This document shows positions 62,956 to 64,000 of a stretch of DNA of 64,000 bases, one piece after another. A program made the translations under genes and the position numbers. The first letter of the stretch is position 1. Every line of letters starts with the position of its first letter. The notes beneath the pieces were generated by a model that worked only from the letters and a program-made list of their open reading frames with translations, was not told the DNA's origin and made no database searches. This DNA comes from Gemmatimonadaceae bacterium. GTDB taxonomy: Bacteria > Gemmatimonadota > Gemmatimonadetes > Gemmatimonadales > Gemmatimonadaceae. The stretch spans positions 1,128 to 65,127 of the forward strand of contig JBAZTM010000008.1 of the NCBI GenBank assembly GCA_041661925.1, in the 5' to 3' direction.

Positions 62956-63537
62956 CTATTTCCCGCCCTTCGACACCGCGTCGATGACCGAGTCGAGTTG
63001 CGCATACTGGTCCTGCGACAAGGCCGAAAACGGGCGGAAGACGTGAACAACGCGTCCGTCCGGTCCGACGACAAACACTACGCGCTTGTAGAACTTCTTC
63101 AGCGGTCCGATGCCGGTGCCCGTGGTCGCGTACTTCGCGGCGACGTCGCCGGAGGTGTCACTGGCGAACAGCACGGGGAAGTTGGCGTCCTTTGCCCACG
63201 ACGCGAGTTCATCCACGCCGTCGGAACTGATGGACAGGGCGACCACGCCCTTGCCACCGTTGAAGATCGTGGCGTACTGATCCCGGTACGCCTCATGTTG
63301 GACGGTTCAGCCCTTGGTCCGCGCCTTGGGGAAGAACGAGATGACGACGGTCTGCCCGCGGAAATCGGCGAGGCGCAATGCCCTCTCGGTCACGCCGGCC
63401 TTGGAAGCGCCGGGGAGGGAGAAGTCAGGGGCCATGTCGCCAACTTGGGGGCCGTCGCCTTGGGCCCACGCGTGCGCTGCCGCCAGCCCGACGAGGGCGG
63501 CAGCGAGCACGGTGAGCGAGACGGCACGCAACAACAT
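62956..63537 (-). CDS. BCP/PrxQ-type peroxiredoxin, secreted, with an in-frame TGA (63309-63307) at the peroxidatic-Cys position; candidate selenoprotein, alternatively a pseudogene
   Basis: Track ORFs 63307..63573 and 62956..63246 are in the same frame. My translation across the gap reads ...DFRGQTVVISFFPKARTKG[TGA]TVQHEAYRDQYATIFNGGKGVVALSISSD... Compare E. coli BCP YFYPKAMTPGCTVQACGLRD. Confidence 0.7.
63256..63306 (-). promoter_or_regulatory. Candidate bacterial SECIS-like hairpin directly downstream of the in-frame UGA
   Basis: The mRNA reads UGA-ACCGU...GGCGUAC-CGGGAUCA-GUACGCC...ACGGU. The upper stem is a perfect 7 bp (63292-63286 with 63277-63271) with an 8-nt G-containing loop. The lower stem is 5 bp, ACCGU/ACGGU (63306-63302 with 63260-63256). 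Confidence 0.45.
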
Positions 63538-63742
63538 TATGGGGGGGGTCCTCTGGTGAATGATCGACGTCAAGATGACCTTCCTATCTACTCAGTGAAC
63601 ACCCGATTCAGCAACTTGAGTTCCCGGCTGGGGTAGACCTTCGCACGGCTCGACTTCAGCCCTCGCAACCCTGAGGATGTTCCTGGCCGTCTAACAGGAA
63701 CGCTCTCTCGCTCGTTGAGAGTATGACCCCCGTAACAGCGAC

Positions 63743-64000
63743 ATGACCGACCGATCCAGCCCTTCCGACCCATTCGACGCCGTCACTACGCCTGCCGGGG
63801 TCACCACGAAGTGTCCGCAGTGCGGCGTCACGCTCGACGCGCTCACCACGGCCTGCGCGCGGTGCGGCGCCGTCATCACGGGCGGCGGGCACGACGGCGA
63901 GCGGGCCGAGCGGGTGCGGCAGCGGCTACAGGCGCAGATCGGCGACGCCTACCAGCTGGGCGCGCTCATCGGGCGCGGCGGCATGGGCATCGTCTTCCGC
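63743..64000 (+). CDS. Ser/Thr protein kinase, N-terminal part (zinc-ribbon then the start of the kinase domain); continues past the right edge
   Basis: Not in the track because it is open-ended. My translation gives MTDRSSPSDPFDAVTTPAGVTTKCPQCGVTLDALTTACARCGAV...YQLGALIGRGGMGIVFR. It contains a CxxC...CxxC ribbon and the GxGxxG P-loop of Hanks kinases. Confidence 0.7.
   Translation, partial: MTDRSSPSDPFDAVTTPAGVTTKCPQCGVTLDALTTACARCGAVITGGGHDGERAERVRQRLQAQIGDAYQLGALIGRGGMGIVFR

Noticed and set aside
62956-63573. Simple nonsense-mutation pseudogene as the explanation for the split peroxiredoxin.
   Set aside because: Not fully excluded, but disfavoured. The only interruption is a TGA exactly at the catalytic Cys codon, both halves keep an intact frame and family motifs, and a hairpin follows the TGA. 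It is kept as the alternative in the finding.
63574-63742. ECF-sigma-like promoter (GGAAC ... CGTC-like) and a 7-bp hairpin (GTTCCTG/CAGGAAC) between the peroxiredoxin and kinase genes.
   Set aside because: Spacing between the candidate -35 and -10 boxes does not fit the usual 16-17 nt on either strand, and such a match is expected by chance in GC-rich DNA.

Overview
This is a high-GC (about two-thirds G+C by eye), gene-dense chromosomal segment from a diderm bacterium, as shown by TolC, LptF/LptG, a TonB-dependent receptor and an RND efflux pump. I could not assign a taxon from the sequence alone. I support about 55 protein genes. I found no rRNA or tRNA genes, no CRISPR array and no transposase or integrase.

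Layout:
- 0-23.4 kb: peptidases (S9 prolyl oligopeptidase fragment, M1, M28), a HupE/DUF6702 pair, a TolC-MFP-RND efflux operon, a membrane LuxR-type regulator, and a split ACAD10/11-like kinase plus acyl-CoA dehydrogenase pair.
- 23.5-44.7 kb: a glycan-assembly island of about 21 kb. Its first genes are homologues of the eukaryotic cytosolic N-glycan (lipid-linked oligosaccharide) enzymes: Alg7/WecA-like, a MurG paralogue (Alg13/14-like), a clear GT33 Alg1-like enzyme, an Alg11-like GT4, and a 24-codon Alg2-like remnant at the island edge. The island also carries fcl, lptFG, a STELLO/DUF288-like glycosyltransferase, GT25, two GT2 genes, an MsbA/PglK-like ABC exporter, three FkbM-type methyltransferases, and two paralogous fusion proteins (uncharacterised N-terminal domain plus FkbM domain).
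- 44.7-64 kb: an MFS transporter translationally coupled to an orphan GspF-like protein; an AAA+ ATPase gene bracketed on both sides by composite G-rich/C-rich inverted repeats; lactate permease; an ABC exporter; GlpQ; a TonB-dependent receptor; NlpC/P60; queD-queE-queC; aguA-aguB; glycerate kinase; and a BCP-type peroxiredoxin.

The peroxiredoxin reading frame is interrupted by a single TGA exactly at the peroxidatic-Cys position, with a hairpin just downstream. It is a candidate selenoprotein.

Several families of short intergenic repeats fill operon-internal and convergent spacers.

Many long ORFs in the supplied track are antisense or off-frame shadows typical of high-GC DNA, and I did not call them.
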